Of a DNA stretch of 64,000 nt, positions 47,055 to 62,520 are shown piece after piece. Each line of letters starts with the position of its first letter. Within the stretch, counting starts at the first letter, position 1. Below the pieces are notes generated by a model. It searched no databases. It saw only the letters and a list, made by a program, of their open reading frames with translations, and was not told the origin of the DNA. The stretch covers positions 29,326,001-29,390,000 of the forward strand of contig OZ024754.1 in NCBI GenBank assembly GCA_964016885.1, read 5' to 3'. This stretch comes from Eledone cirrhosa (taxonomy: Eukaryota). The position numbers were made by a program, and so were the translations under genes.

Positions 47055-47238
47055 GGCGGTGGATTGGCAGTATCGGTAGAGGGTCGGACGCCATGCTTTC
47101 CAGCATAGTTACGTCCCTTTACGATCTGAGTTCAAATCCCGCCGAGGTTGACTTTGCCTTTCATCCTTACGGGGTCGATAAAATAAAGTACCAGTAATGC
47201 ACTGGGTAATTGCTGGCCTTGTGCCTAAAGTAGAAACA
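47055..47238 (+). mobile_element. Full-length tRNA-derived SINE family 1 (Nin/Deu-like core), 19 bp TSD
   Basis: A box tggcagtatcgg, B box gagttcaaatcc, core gcctttcatccttacggggtcgataaaataaagtaccag; TSD attattttaattatggtag at 47036-47054 and 47239-47257. Confidence 0.9.
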
Positions 47239-47504
47239 ATTATTTTAATTATGGTAGTTCGTAGTTTTTTCTTTGTCATTCAAGGCAGCTGTATAGGATT
47301 ATTTTAGGTGTAATAAATAATGTAAATAATATTTTTTTATATATTCTAATTGCTTCTGTTCCTGTTATGTGTATTGTAGCATATAACTATTTTATTTGTT
47401 TATTTTCTGTAATATTCTTGTATCAATTAGCCCTGGATTAGGGTTTTTTCGTATACTTTGGGCATTGAGATTTCACAGAACAACAAAATCATGTTGGTTT
47501 TATT

Positions 47505-47579
<75 letters not shown>

Positions 47580-47881
47580 ATACATACATCTATATGTGCA
47601 CATGTATATATATATATATATATATGTATATATAATATATATATATATGTATATATATTTTTTTTTAGGATCGATCGACTTTCGTCAAATCAGACCGAGG
47701 AAACAATGTTTCCGTTGGTCTTTGCAGTTGCTAATACTATCTATCGGTCGCAACTCCAGGTAGAAGGAACAGCGTGAAATAAAGTGTCTTGCTCAAGGAC
47801 ATAACGTATCGCGCGGTCCAGGAATTGAACGAACAACCCGAAGATTGTGAATCCACTTCTCTAACCACTCAGCCACATGTC

Positions 47882-47962
<81 letters not shown>

Positions 47963-48002
47963 ATATATATATATATATTATGTATGTATATATATATGTA
48001 TG

Positions 48003-48038
<36 letters not shown>

Positions 48039-48061
48039 TATTATATATATATATGTATATA

Positions 48062-48106
<45 letters not shown>

Positions 48107-48117
48107 ATATACATATG

Positions 48118-48199
<82 letters not shown>

Positions 48200-49294
48200 C
48201 GAAGGAAATGTGGTAAGGAACCAGGTGGACCATAACGCACCAAAGTACTCAATACTTGTGGTAGTAGAGTGGGTAATAGGAACCAGTAAGACCCCGACAG
48301 CTGAGCTCAAGCCGTTTCGACGGCTAATTCTGGACTAAATGAAAATTTATCCTGGTATTTAAATAGCCGATCTTCTCAAGGGGTAATTCCATATATGGTC
48401 AAAGTGATTGTCAAAAATCAGTAGTAATTCTGTGGTTGCAAATTAGTAGGGGAGATGGTGGCTAAACCTGCCAGTAGGAGAAAGAGGGGAGGGGGTGGAG
48501 TAGACCCAATCAAGCGTTGGTAGTGCCAGCTACAGCTGGGCATGAGGTCAAAGAAGATACAGGGGAGGGGGAGGGGGAGGAAGTCGGAAAGGTAGGTAGA
48601 ACAATGGGGGGGGGGGTAGAAATATAGGAAGGAAAAAATACTGAGAGTGAAGAAAAGCAAATAAGTGTAAAGAAAAAAGTAAAGTAAATTAAATTCTACG
48701 ACCTAGGTGTCAGGCTATTGATAGGCTAGAATAAAATAAATAAAGAAAGAAAGAAGTAAATAAATAAATAAATAAAGAAATAACGAAATAAGTAAAAGAA
48801 CTAGGTGGGACGAAATAGGCAAATACCCTTTTAAGAGGTATAAGTACGTAAATGATACGGTGACGGGTCAACAAAAGGGGCTAAAATACTAAAGAGACTA
48901 CCACGAAATAAACAATAAAGGTTTCCATACCGGGCCAGCAACGACCCAGTGCAGCAAAGTGAACTTGTACGAGATAATAATTCTAGGTCCCGAGAAAAAT
49001 ATATACTAATGCTAACTCTAAAAGATCTAAAACAAGCTACATGAAAGTTCGTACGAAATAAAGGTAGAATACGGAGAAATAAATTCAGAATCCACCCCGC
49101 CCAGAAGAAAAGCGAAGCAAGAAATACTGAAACGAAAAAATAAGGCATAAGTGCCACTAAGAAATATAGAGGGCACAGAGAATAGTGGGAGCGGTCGGAA
49201 AGAGGGGGCAAGTATCCGGGGTCTAAGCCAACTGCTATAAAGGGCGGAGTCCGCCAAATCTATCATAGACTAGGGGAGGGGGTGGTGGTGGTGG

Positions 49295-50064
49295 AGGAAA
49301 TATCCTACTGTCCAGCTCCCATTAGCGGAACCAGCAGGAGACACCGCCGCTCACGCAATGTAACATGGTTCAATCCTCCCCACAACGCAGAGGTGACTAC
49401 TCCCATCGGGAAACTATTCTTTAGGCTCATTGAAAAACACTTCCCATTACAACACCGCTACCACAACATAATTAACAAAAATACCATCAAACTCTCTTAC
49501 AGCACTACACCAAACTTCGCACAAAACATCGTCTCCTCTAACAACAAAAAACTCAACCCCGATGGCAGAAATAACCTAAATAGCAGTGGAGAACCGACCA
49601 GGAGGTGTAACTGCCCGGATAGATCTATTTGCCCACTCGACAATAGATGAAGAGACCGTAATGTGATCTACCAGTGCAACGTGAGGACGGATACCTCCAA
49701 CAAAGCCTATATAGGACTTACCGCATGTGACTTCAAGACCCGGCTATACCAACATAGACATACCTTCTGAAACCCGGCCCGGCGTCACGCCACTACACAT
49801 TCGGGCCACATATGGGACCTCAAGGACAACAACATCACCTATGATCTCACTTGGAGATTACTGTCCAGAGCCAATTCTTACACGGGAGGACGCCGTCCGT
49901 GCAATTTATGCTCGGAGGAAACTTTACAAATGCTGTTTTCGACGGACCAACTCCTAAGCAAGAAAGATGAACTGGTTACTGCATGTAAACATAGATTGCG
50001 TAGGACTTACCTCGCCCTCAAACCCCATAATGACCCGGGGGGGGGGGGTAGACTAGGGCTATAA
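49295..50064 (+). pseudogene. PLE GIY-YIG endonuclease region with two in-frame TGA codons
   Basis: One frame: WFNPP..CNCPDRSICPLDNR*RDRNVIYQC..YIGLT..FKTRLYQHRHTF*N..CNLCSEE..CKH; TGA at 49648 and 49768. Confidence 0.9.
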
Positions 50065-51166
50065 CACCCCACTTGCCGATTTTGCAATGGGTAACCCCTG
50101 CTTGCCAAGGAAGACGTAAGATCTTCTTTGTATTCTTTTATCGCTTCCTTTATTTCCTTCCCCCCTCTCTCCTTTGTCCTTCTACCCCAGCTCTTCTCCT
50201 TTGTCGGCGTCTTTTCTCGCCCACCCGAGGCTGCCCTTTGGCCCCATGTAGCCTTAGTACCCCCACCACCCCCTCCCCTAGTCTATGATAGATTTGGCGG
50301 ACTCCGCCCTTTATAGCAGTTGGCTTAGACCCCGGATACTTGCCTCCTCTTTCCGACCGCTCCCACTATTCTCTGTGCCCTCTATATTTCTTAGTGGCAC
50401 TTATGCCTTATTTTTTCGTTTCAGTATTTCTTGCTTCGCTTTTCTTCTGGGCGGGGTGGATTCTGAATTTATTTCTCCGTATTCTACCTTTATTTCGTAC
50501 GAACTTTCATGTAGCTTGTTTTAGATCTTTTAGAGTTAGCATTAGTATATATTTTTTCTCGGGACCTAGAATTATTATCTCGTACAAGTTCACTTTGCTG
50601 CACTGGGTCGTTGCTGGCCCGGTATGGAAACCTTTATTGTTTATTTCGTGGTAGTCTCTTTAGTATTTTGGCCCCTTTTGTTGACCCGTCACCGTATCAT
50701 TTACGTACTTATACCTCTTAAAAGGGTCTTTGCCTATTTCGTCCCACCTAGTTCTTTTACTTATTTCGTTATTTCTTTATTTATTTATTTATTTACTTCT
50801 TTCTTTCTTTATTTATTTTATTCTAGCCTATCAATAGCCTGACACCTAGGTCGTAGAATTTAATTTACTTTACTTTTTTCTTTACACTTATTTGCTTTTC
50901 TTCACTCTCAGTATTTTTTCCTTCCTATATTTCTACCCCCCCCCCATTGTTCTACCTACCTTTCCGACTTCCTCCCCCTCCCCCTCCCCTGTATCTTCTT
51001 TGACCTCATGCCCAGCTGTAGCTGGCACTACCAACGCTTGATTGGGTCTACTCCACCCCCTCCCCTCTTTCTCCTACTGGCAGGTTTAGCCACCATCTCC
51101 CCTACTAATTTGCAACCACAGAATTACTACTGATTTTTGACAATCACTTTGACCATATATGGAATT

Positions 51167-51260
51167 ACCCCTTGAGAAGATCGGCTATTTAAATACCAGG
51201 ATAAATTTTCATTTAGTCCAGAATTAGCTGTCGAAACGGCTTGAGCTCAGCTGTCGGGGT
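51167..51260 (+). ncRNA. Type I hammerhead with U3-A8 core and long stem II loop, family i
   Basis: acccc-TTGAGAA-gatcggcta..tagctgtc-GAAAC-ggc-ttgagctca-gct-GTC-ggggt; inverse copy 48291-48384. Confidence 0.78.
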
Positions 51261-51270
51261 CTTACTGGTT

Positions 51271-51313
<43 letters not shown>

Positions 51314-51379
51314 TATGTATGTATATATATATGTATGTATATATATATATATTATATATATATATGTATATATATATAT

Positions 51380-51436
<57 letters not shown>

Positions 51437-51441
51437 GTATG

Positions 51442-51485
<44 letters not shown>

Positions 51486-51490
51486 GTATG

Positions 51491-51543
<53 letters not shown>

Positions 51544-51544
51544 G

Positions 51545-51610
<66 letters not shown>

Positions 51611-51697
51611 TATGTATGTATATATATATGTATGTATATATATATGTATATATATTATGTATGTATATATATATGTATGTATATATGTATGTATATA

Positions 51698-51759
<62 letters not shown>

Positions 51760-52519
51760 ATGTATTCTTCAATTAAAGCTGTTATAACAATTACTGCATT
51801 TGATTAATTATTAACAAATACTTGCGTGTTCCGAAATACAATAAAATAAATAATTGTTTCTACTATAGGCACAAGGCCAGCAATTTGAAGGGGAGGGGGA
51901 AAAATCGATTAAATCGACCTCAGTGCATGGCTGGTACTTTATTTTATCGACCCAGTAAGGATGAAAGGCAAAGGTAACCCCGGCGGGATTTGAAATCAGA
52001 GAGTAAAGGACCGTAACTCGGTACCACAAAGAATACTGTTCGACGCTCTACCGAATAATAAAAATATTATAATTAGAATTGTAATTATGATAATCATGTG
52101 AGCAGGAGAAAAAAAAATAATGATAATAACGAAAATTATACCAACAATAACAATAACAACAACAATAATGCTTTCTAGTATAGGCACAAGGCCAGTAATT
52201 TTGGGGCGGGGAAAGTCGATTAAATCGACCCCATTATCTTACTGGTGCTTTATTTTATCGACCCCATAAGGATGAAAGGCAAAGTAAACATCGGCGGGAT
52301 TTGCACTCAGACTGTAAAGGACCGTAACTCTATGCGTCAAAGCATGGCGTCCGACCCTCTACCGATACTGCCAATCCACCGCCTTTATCGACTCCGTAAG
52401 AATGAAAGGCAAAGTTAACCTCGGCGGGATTTGAATTCAGACTGTAAAGGACCGTAACTCTATGCTGCCAATCCAATAAAGACAGCAATAGAAACAACCC
52501 ATTTATATACATTTAATTA

Positions 52520-53090
52520 GTGTGGATACGTGTTTTATGTGTGGGGGTGTGTTTATATGCCTGTATATGTGTGTTTGTTTGAGTTTATGTGTGTATATGT
52601 GTGTGCATGTATGTGCGTGTATTTGTGTATTTGTGTATATGTGTATATGTGCGTATGTATTTGTGGGTGTTTCTGTGAAATTGTTTATGCGTGTAAAGGT
52701 GTATTGCTGTGTATGTGAGTGCGTTTATATGTAAGTGTGTATGGGTGTGTGGGCGTGTATGTGTGTAGATTGTTTGTATGGTTGTATGGGCGTGTGTGTG
52801 TGTGTATTTGTGTGCGTTTGTGTGTAAGGGCATGTTGTCATGTATGTGCATGGGCTTGTGTGTACGTGCATATGTCTGTAAAGGTGTTTGGGCGTGTATG
52901 TATGTGTATATCTATGTGCATTTGTGTATAAGTGTATATGTGTGTAAAGGTTTATGGCCGTGTATATGTGAGTATATGTGAGTGTATGTGTGTGTTTGTG
53001 TGGAAATATCTATGCGTGTAAGTGTGCATGGGCGTATATGTGAGTGTATGTGTGTGTTTGTGTGTAAGTATTTATGTGTGCATGTGTACG
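52520..53090. repeat. Degenerate (TG)n field
   Basis: TG/TATG-rich low complexity. Confidence 0.9.
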
Positions 53091-53996
53091 TTTTATAATT
53101 AGTAGTGATTGTGGCACTTCTAAGAACATTTCCTAACTGATCTCATCCACATCTAACAAATAATGAAGAAATGGCTACTAACTGCAACTAATAATAATAA
53201 TAATAATGATGATGATGATGATGATGATGATGAAGATGAAGTGGATTTCTTTAACACATGACCGCGTTTATATAACTATGTTTGTGTCTGTTTATGCAAC
53301 TCTGTGTGTGTGTGTTTATATAACTCTGTGTGTATGTGTGTGTGCGTGAGTGTGTTTATATGACTCTGTGTGTGTGTTTATATGAATCTGTGTGTGTGTG
53401 GGGGGGGGGGTGTATGTGTGTATGTGTGTGGGTGTATGTTTAATCCTTGACAAATATGACTCCTCGAAATAAGACAAATCTCTCAAAATATTTCAGTTTT
53501 TCTTTAATTTTATTTGATTAAATATGAACAACCGGAATAATGTTTTCTCAAATTTTATACAATTTTATTAAAAACAATATAACTAATGAAATTTCAAAGC
53601 TATCTTGAAGCGCAACCAACAGACGACAGCATCGAATCTAAGTTCGTTATCATTGTATAAAACAAAATTAAAATCTAAAATCTAAATTTTTAAATTCTAT
53701 CTACTCAACCGCAAACTTCACAGATCTGGTATATGACACCCAAGTTCACCCGTTGTTTCAGCCTAACGTATTATATAAGGGACTTACATGTGGTGTACTC
53801 ACATGACGCCACATCAATATTAGTATTTATAAGATTTCTAGGGCGGTGGTTTGGCAGTATCGGTAAAGCGTCGGACACCCTGCTTCGCGATATAGAGTAA
53901 CGTCCCTTTACGTTCTGAGTTCAAATCTTGCCGAGGTTAGCTTTGCCTTTATCGTACACATACACACACACACATATATATATATACATATATATT

Positions 53997-54043
<47 letters not shown>

Positions 54044-56099
54044 ATGTGTGTACGATGGGTGTCTGCAGTTTCCGTCTAGCATATTCCACGTATAAGGTAT
54101 TGTTCAAGCCGAGGATAAAGCAGAAAGCACTTGCCCAAGATGCTGCACAACGAGATTAATCCCCGAACCACATAGTTGCGAAACGAACTCCTTAACCAGA
54201 CAACCATGCCTTGTGTATTGTCTGGGTGATCTTGAGGTCCACTGCTATACAACTACAGCGAATATGAATTCCCTATCAGTAAACAAAGAAAATCCAAAAT
54301 CTATCTACTCAACTTCCAAATATTGCGGATTTTGAGTTTCAGAACTGGCCTGTGCATATGGTGCTGCTTGGCTCATTGTTCCATTTCTAAATATTATATT
54401 GGTTCCAATACTTGACTGTTATTTTATTGTATCGAAGCTGGAAGGAAGACTGGCAAAGTTGACCTCAGAGGGATTTGGATTCGGAATGTAATTAGTTGGA
54501 ACAAATATCACCAAGCATTTTGTATGAAACTTAGTGAATGCAACACGAACTCCTATAGACTATTCCGTTTATAACAATACCACTGTTGCAAATTGCTAGA
54601 ATACGCCTAGCGCACCCACTAGACTTACTACAGCTGACAGCTCAGTTTGAAACAGAGTAAAACTGAACAACACGTCTCTTGAGCGTTTGCATACTAAGAT
54701 AGAGATGCTATTTTGGTACTACATCATTTGAAACACTAAACTTCACCGTTCACTTCAAAGCAGGAAAAGTGACGATATATCGTCTGTCTCAGAATAGTAC
54801 ACATACTTCCTTGTTATATTTTAACTTTTGAATAATTAAATAGAGATGTTATTTTTTTTTACGTTCCAAAAGAACTTCAGAATATACGTTTCCTGAAATA
54901 TGAGAGATTATATCGATGATGTTTTCCTCACCATAATAGGAAGATATTCTCACCCGAAGGCGCTCTCACATTAATAGTAACTCCCTTGATGATGACGTGG
55001 TAATAACACAAGATATTTACTAAAGAATACGAAGACAAAATGTTTTCTGTAAGACTGGGCATTTTCTGTGAAAACTATCAAATATTTCCTTTGAAGTCTT
55101 GATAAACTTTAAAAAAAAGTTAACTAGTTACTAATTTCATTTTCTTATTTCCTAAACATGGAATTAAATTCTGCTCTATATCCTTCGGGTTAGAATCTAT
55201 AATAAAACTGAAATACCAAGAATGAAAGATGTCCAAGACATGCCCCCAAAACAGTTTAATATTGCATTAAATGTAAACGTAGTCTATGTGGTTAGGAATT
55301 TCATCTCGCAATCATGAGGTAATGCATGTAATTTGTACAAAAGACGACTCAAGCCTGGCCGGTGAAATTAACTCGACGGAAACTAATTGGATGGGGGTAT
55401 ACGAGGGTCAGAAGAAGGGTTGGTTCTAAGACTGACTAAGATACTGTCATAGAATGACCAAATGAGGTATATTTTTCAACATAGTCCCTGCAAAGAAACA
55501 ATGTATTTATTAATAAGAAGAATTGAAATTAATGTTTTCCAGCTTTCACAGCTCTAGCATCACTCCTTCATTGTCAGCCTATGAATTTTTCAGCGGGCCC
55601 TTGTACATTCCATCCAATAGGGCTACAAGCAGTTTCCGTACGAGTATTTCAAAGGGTTAATCTTGTCATACAATGTGTTACGTTGAATCTGACTGAGAAT
55701 TACATTAAAGATACACGTGGATGTGGAATGCTCAGCCACTTACAAGTTAATTTCATGAGCAGAATGTTTTAGATGTCAGCTGAGGCTTCATTCAAGTTCA
55801 AATGTCATTTGAGTCCAATAGGAAAATGCGGAGTAACATATCTTGTTAGCGGACACAATGCTTCGCCAGAAATTGAGGTTAGAACCTTACAATTGGCAGC
55901 GTAACTCCCTAACCACTATGCTACTATGGCTACCAAGACAAAATATATACAAATGAACAGATTACATGATGACAGTAGTATAGTATGTTCAAACTGACCC
56001 CCGTCACACTGCATCATACGATAAAACAACGGCATGTAGGAATAGGGACTACTTGATGGGACGATGCTTTATTTAGAGAACTGGGTCTCTCTCTGAGAC

Positions 56100-56370
56100 A
56101 CTACTACTACTACCTCTACTACTACTACCTCTACTACTACTACAACTAATATGCTGCTGCTGCTGTTGCTGTTGCTGCTACTACTACATCAACAAAAGCA
56201 ACAGTAACAACGACAAGAGCAACATCTACTACTACTACTACTGCTACTGCTGCTGCTGCTGCTGCTACTACTACTGCTGCTGCTGCTATTGCTATAACAG
56301 ACATAACAACACGGTATGAACACTAGCTACTACTACCATTATGAAAAACAACAGCTACAACAGCAAAAGC
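56100..56370. repeat. (CTA)n/(CTG)n/(CAA)n trinucleotide tract
   Basis: Direct reading. Confidence 0.9.
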
Positions 56371-58013
56371 AACTAGAATTACTTGTAAAACTGAAATAAA
56401 AAAAACAGCGGGCCTCACATTTGCAAGTGTCACAACAGCAAAATTAAATTTATAAACACAATTATTTGATCGAAATTCAATTGTACGTAGTTTCTGATTG
56501 TGCAGTATATATAATCAAGCAAAAAGTACATCTCATATTTTCTCACGTATAATTTTGAATTAGTATTTTGTGCATATTAAATTGCAAAATGGTGAAATAA
56601 TGTTTATTCCATCTTCTAACTTCACACTAATATGCTTTGTATCGTATTGTTTATTATTAAAAAAATCGTTATTATTTTTCTCTGTGAACTCGTTATAGAT
56701 TTTGTCGAGGATGCCATACAGCGCTGTTTCAAGATTCTTTAATCTTTCAGCAGTGACATTTCTTCAACAAGTACTGACATTGAAATAGACTACATTCTAT
56801 ATAGACTTTCTGTAATGAACTATATCAAGCGTTAAACTAATATATTTCTTCATTTCATTGTGTTGTTTGCTTTGATTTTTTTCTGTTTACATTTTGCATG
56901 TATATAGATATATATTAAGTTTATATAGGACCAAGAATTTCAGTTTAACATATGTTTAACATATTTTCTTCATACCGAGAACATTGATCAACTCGTGGAT
57001 ACATTAAAGGATATTTATACAGAATGCCAAGCACCGGAAATAAAACTCGTATTTGTCTATTTCTCTCTCTCTCTCTCTCTCACACTTTCTTTCTCTCTCT
57101 CTCTCACTCTGTTTGTGTGTGTGTATTTATAGCGTTGGGTGCACTGTATTCACGTTACTTTATACTAGGCTAATCTGACACGGTGCTGCCTTTACGTTCT
57201 GAGTTCAAATCCTGCCGAGGTTAGCTTTTACTTTCATCCTTACCGGGTCGATAAAATAAAGCACCAGTAATGCATTGGGGTCGATTTAATCGACTTTCCC
57301 CTCCCACAAAATTGTTGGTCTTGTGTCTATAGTAGAAACAATTATATTTATTATACTTACGAAAAATGCTCCTATATTGAAACATGAATGCTTCGTCGAT
57401 GGCTTAACACTTCTCTAATGTTTAGCGTGTTGGACGTAGTTGTTTGAACAACGGGAAATCCTGTCCGTGCAATCGATTTGCAAGTGGCTGAGCATTCCAC
57501 AGATAAATATTCGCTTAACGTAAGGAAATTCAACATGACACAATGTGTAAAGAAAGATAGTCATTTGAATTACTGGTACAAATATATATATTTTTCCAGC
57601 TGACAAGAATTAAACTCACGTCAATGTGATCGTCAGCCGAACACTTAAACAACTGAGCCACTTCCTCTCATAATAGCTAATATATAACCAAAACATGTTG
57701 AACTGATCAAGTGGCAAACATAATAGCTTTTTGTTACTAAATAAAATGTCTATATTGACAGTTGCTGTCAATACAAAGGCCTGGAATTATTGCACGGTTG
57801 CCTTTTATTATTTATCAAGAAAATTTTCATTTCTTGTTTGAGCAATCAATTGAAAACTAGTGGCTTATAATTGGCTTTTAATTAACTTAGGAATGTATTA
57901 TTAGCTAGATCATACAGAATTAATATTATGTTATTTTGCTTAATTAAAATGTTATTGCAGTGTTATTTATAAAAATCATTCATTCATTCATAACAAACGA
58001 TATATATATATAC

Positions 58014-58084
<71 letters not shown>

Positions 58085-58641
58085 TTGAGAGAGAGAGAGA
58101 GAGAGAGATATATATAGAGAGAGAGAGATTAAGAGAGAGAGAGAGAGATAGAGAGAGAGAGAGATTGAGAGAGAGAGAGATTGAGAGAAAGAGAGAGAGA
58201 GAGAGAGAGAGATGAATATAATATATATATTCACAAATGTCACAAAAAGCCGAAAAAATAGTATTAATAGTCAGCTAATTATTTGTATAAAGGACAGTTA
58301 TGGGTTAACTAATTAAATATTCTTTCTACTACAGAATTTACTAACCATTAAAGTGTAGAGAACGACTTTAATCAACTAGAATTTCACCAACTCTACGTCA
58401 AATAGAGCAACTTAATACACTCAGAAATTTGCTCCCTTATATCTAGGACAAGTATAGACAGCACCCATGCTAGGGCATCGCCTTGAATTAGGCGTTTATA
58501 TGCCCCCAAGCTATTATTTGCATCAAGTTTGGTACCTATTTTCACGATCACTTCATTGTTGAACCACTAAGTCATGAAACACACACACGCACGAACACAC
58601 ACACACACGCGCACGAACACACACACACACACACACACACG

Positions 58642-58699
<58 letters not shown>

Positions 58700-58948
58700 G
58701 GGTGAAAGCAGTGATTCTTTGCTTACACTTTAATCTGTTATTTTAATATATATATATATATTAAAATAACAAATATATACGGGATAACAGATTATTGTTA
58801 TAGGTAGTCCACTTAGGTGTAGTCCAGTTAGGGTACTCCGAGTAGTGGATGGTATCAACGCTTGGCTAAGTTTGACTCAACAAGGTGTTTCCATAGTGAT
58901 GCTGCGAGTACGCGGTGATTTCTATGTTGTTTACACTTGGAGTAATGA

Positions 58949-59125
58949 TAAATCAAGAAAGAAGAGTGACACGGTTTGCTATACAATAAGGGCTTTAATC
59001 ACATTGCTGACAATTGTTTCTCTGAACTGGTAGCGATCTCTAGACCTATCAGTTCAGAGAAACAATTGTCAGCAATGTGATTAAAGCCCTTATTGTATAG
59101 CAAACCGTGTCACTCTTCTTTCTTG

Positions 59126-59128
<3 letters not shown>
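58949..59128. repeat. Fold-back hairpin holding only the 3' half of a hammerhead
   Basis: Arms 58949-59033/59046-59128; GAAAC-aatt-GTC present, CUGANGA half absent. Confidence 0.78.
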
Positions 59129-59169
<41 letters not shown>

Positions 59170-59271
59170 CCAAAGATTAATATGGTTTATTGATTACTCA
59201 ATGAATATAGTTTACAATAGATTAAAAGCACTCTACAGTAAAGGTTTTCTGGAGTTATTAATATTATTCAC

Positions 59272-59586
59272 AATATTAATAAAGGAAGACATTCACATAA
59301 TCAAAATATATGTTTTATTATATATATTTCGAAGGTACTGTGCTGTCTTTTCAGTACGTCCTCGTCAGTTAAAATACATGAATTGATTTATGACATACCT
59401 CAACGATGGTTCAATTCCAGTAGTGCCAATACTGGAATTGAACCATGAAGACCGTTGAGGTATGTCATACATCAATTCATGTATTTTATCTGAAGAGGAT
59501 GTACTGAAAAGACAGCACAGTACCTTCGAAATATATATAATAAAACATATATTTTGATTATGTGAATGTCTTCCTTTATTAATATT
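59272..59586. mobile_element. Fold-back PLE terminus with two opposed hammerheads, family j
   Basis: ttttat-CTGAAGA-ggatgtactg..cagtaccttc-GAAA-tatat-ATA-ataaaa at 59484-59545 (+); inverse copy with CTGACGA at 59313-59374. Confidence 0.85.
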
Positions 59587-59590
59587 CTGA

Positions 59591-59629
<39 letters not shown>

Positions 59630-60698
59630 AAAAAGAGATGAAATCGAAAATGCAACTGGAGTCTTATTTTTTTTAAAAATATATATATTTATTTGGTTCC
59701 GTTACCGGTTTCGCAGTTCTTCTGCTTTTCAAAAGGTGAGTTGAGATGGAGGGTCTGTGGTTTTTCTCAGCGAGTGTAAGTGAGAAAACGAGTACTAGAG
59801 GGTCAGGTGAGGGAAACAATGAGGTGATAGGATATATATATATATATATACGCTTTTGCAGTTCCTTTTTACTAAATTTCACACTCGTAGGAAATCATTT
59901 TATCCGACTTTCTAACGATTCTGCCGATTCGCAGCCTGAATATAGTTTAGCTCCTTGATATTCTTATTACTTAATATGGCTGGAATCTCTTATTGCATGT
60001 AAATGTGTCATCTTGATCGTGAAATATATCGTGATTAACAGTATTTAGATTTCTGTTAGGTTGTTACGTAAAGATAATTTGCCTTATTCTGTGATTTTAG
60101 CGAGACATTGAAAAGCAATATCAAATTGGTCATGTATAGCTGGCTAGAACAAACAGTTGCTTTGGTTTAGGTCTACTTTGGAGATGAATGTAAAACTGTG
60201 TGACATCAATGTGCTTGCTGGTTTTTATTTAATCTCTCTAGTAAATTGTTATCCGAAGAAAGTTGCGGTAAGATATAAATTGACATCTGTTATTCTGCAT
60301 GATGATACATACATACATATACATAGACATACACACACAGACACCCAGACACAACCCCCCCACACATATATATATAGTAATAATAATAAATTTGAAGACT
60401 AAAATCCAAAGAGGTCTCGATAAGGATAAATATATATCAAATATATAAGAACCGTACAGCAAATATATATATATATAAATATAAATATATATATATAAAT
60501 ATATGTAGAAAAATCTACCAAAAGTTTACGGTAGTGTCCAATCCGTATGAAGAACTCAATGTAATCCGGATATCATGAAAAGAGAAGTTGCATTCAAAAA
60601 CTACTTTCGGTGAAAAATAAACGGAAAACAGAGTCAAGATAAATTATTAAAAAAATAATGAATAAACAAAGAAACAGTTCCTTATATTAAAAAAAATT

Positions 60699-60838
60699 CA
60701 TTATTTTACGATCGTTTCTAGGATATATATGTGTTAGAGTTGGTATGGATATTCTATAGATCTATGTACAATATTTATACAAACTATCAGAGGGAATATA
60801 CATACCTACACATATATATGATGTCTTCAGAAATAATG
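60699..60838 (-). ncRNA. Type I hammerhead with ~105 nt stem II domain, family k
   Basis: Minus: cattattt-CTGAAGA-catcatatatatgtg...cacatatatatccta-GAAAC-gatc-GTA-aaataatg; its tail 60511-60564 is the inverse of 1-55. Confidence 0.7.
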
Positions 60839-61079
60839 ATACTTGTTTATTGATAAGAACAAAGATTCAATACAATAGGTCTGTTTGGGAACAGGTTTTG
60901 AATTGACCAATCAGGAGATAGTGAGGGCCAAGATAGTGATATAGAATTAGGAGAACCTTAAATTATGGGTAGAGGAAGGTAGATTTCAGTTTTGGATGGA
61001 AAAGAGTATTATGAATGAAGGATTACTTTAGGGAAGAAGTAGGTTATATGTTGACCTCAGAAATAATTTTATTTGTTCA

Positions 61080-62431
<1,352 letters not shown>

Positions 62432-62470
62432 GAGAGTAAAACAAAGAAGCCTTCAATACATCACAAGTCT

Positions 62471-62520
62471 TTATTAGCCGACAATGTTTCGTCCTATTAA
62501 GGACTCATCAGGGCAATTAA
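62471..62520 (-). ncRNA. Minimal type I hammerhead ribozyme, family l
   Basis: Minus: gcc-CTGATGA-gtcc-ttaata-ggac-GAAAC-att-GTC-ggc, ~40 nt from a TA array. Confidence 0.9.

Larger units (their letters stand above)
48198..51272 (+). mobile_element. 5'-truncated Naiad-type PLE with ~1 kb near-identical inverted arms
   Basis: ~48278-49290 is the inverse of ~50260-51272; centre encodes GIY-YIG; TA tracts outside both ends; terminus also at 44875-44960. Confidence 0.9.

Noticed and set aside
47055-47150. tRNA gene
   Set aside because: A and B boxes belong to a dispersed SINE with TSDs; no complete cloverleaf
50025-50335. SECIS element at ATGA sites (50029, 50285)
   Set aside because: Could not find the AA motif and opposing GA at proper spacing by eye
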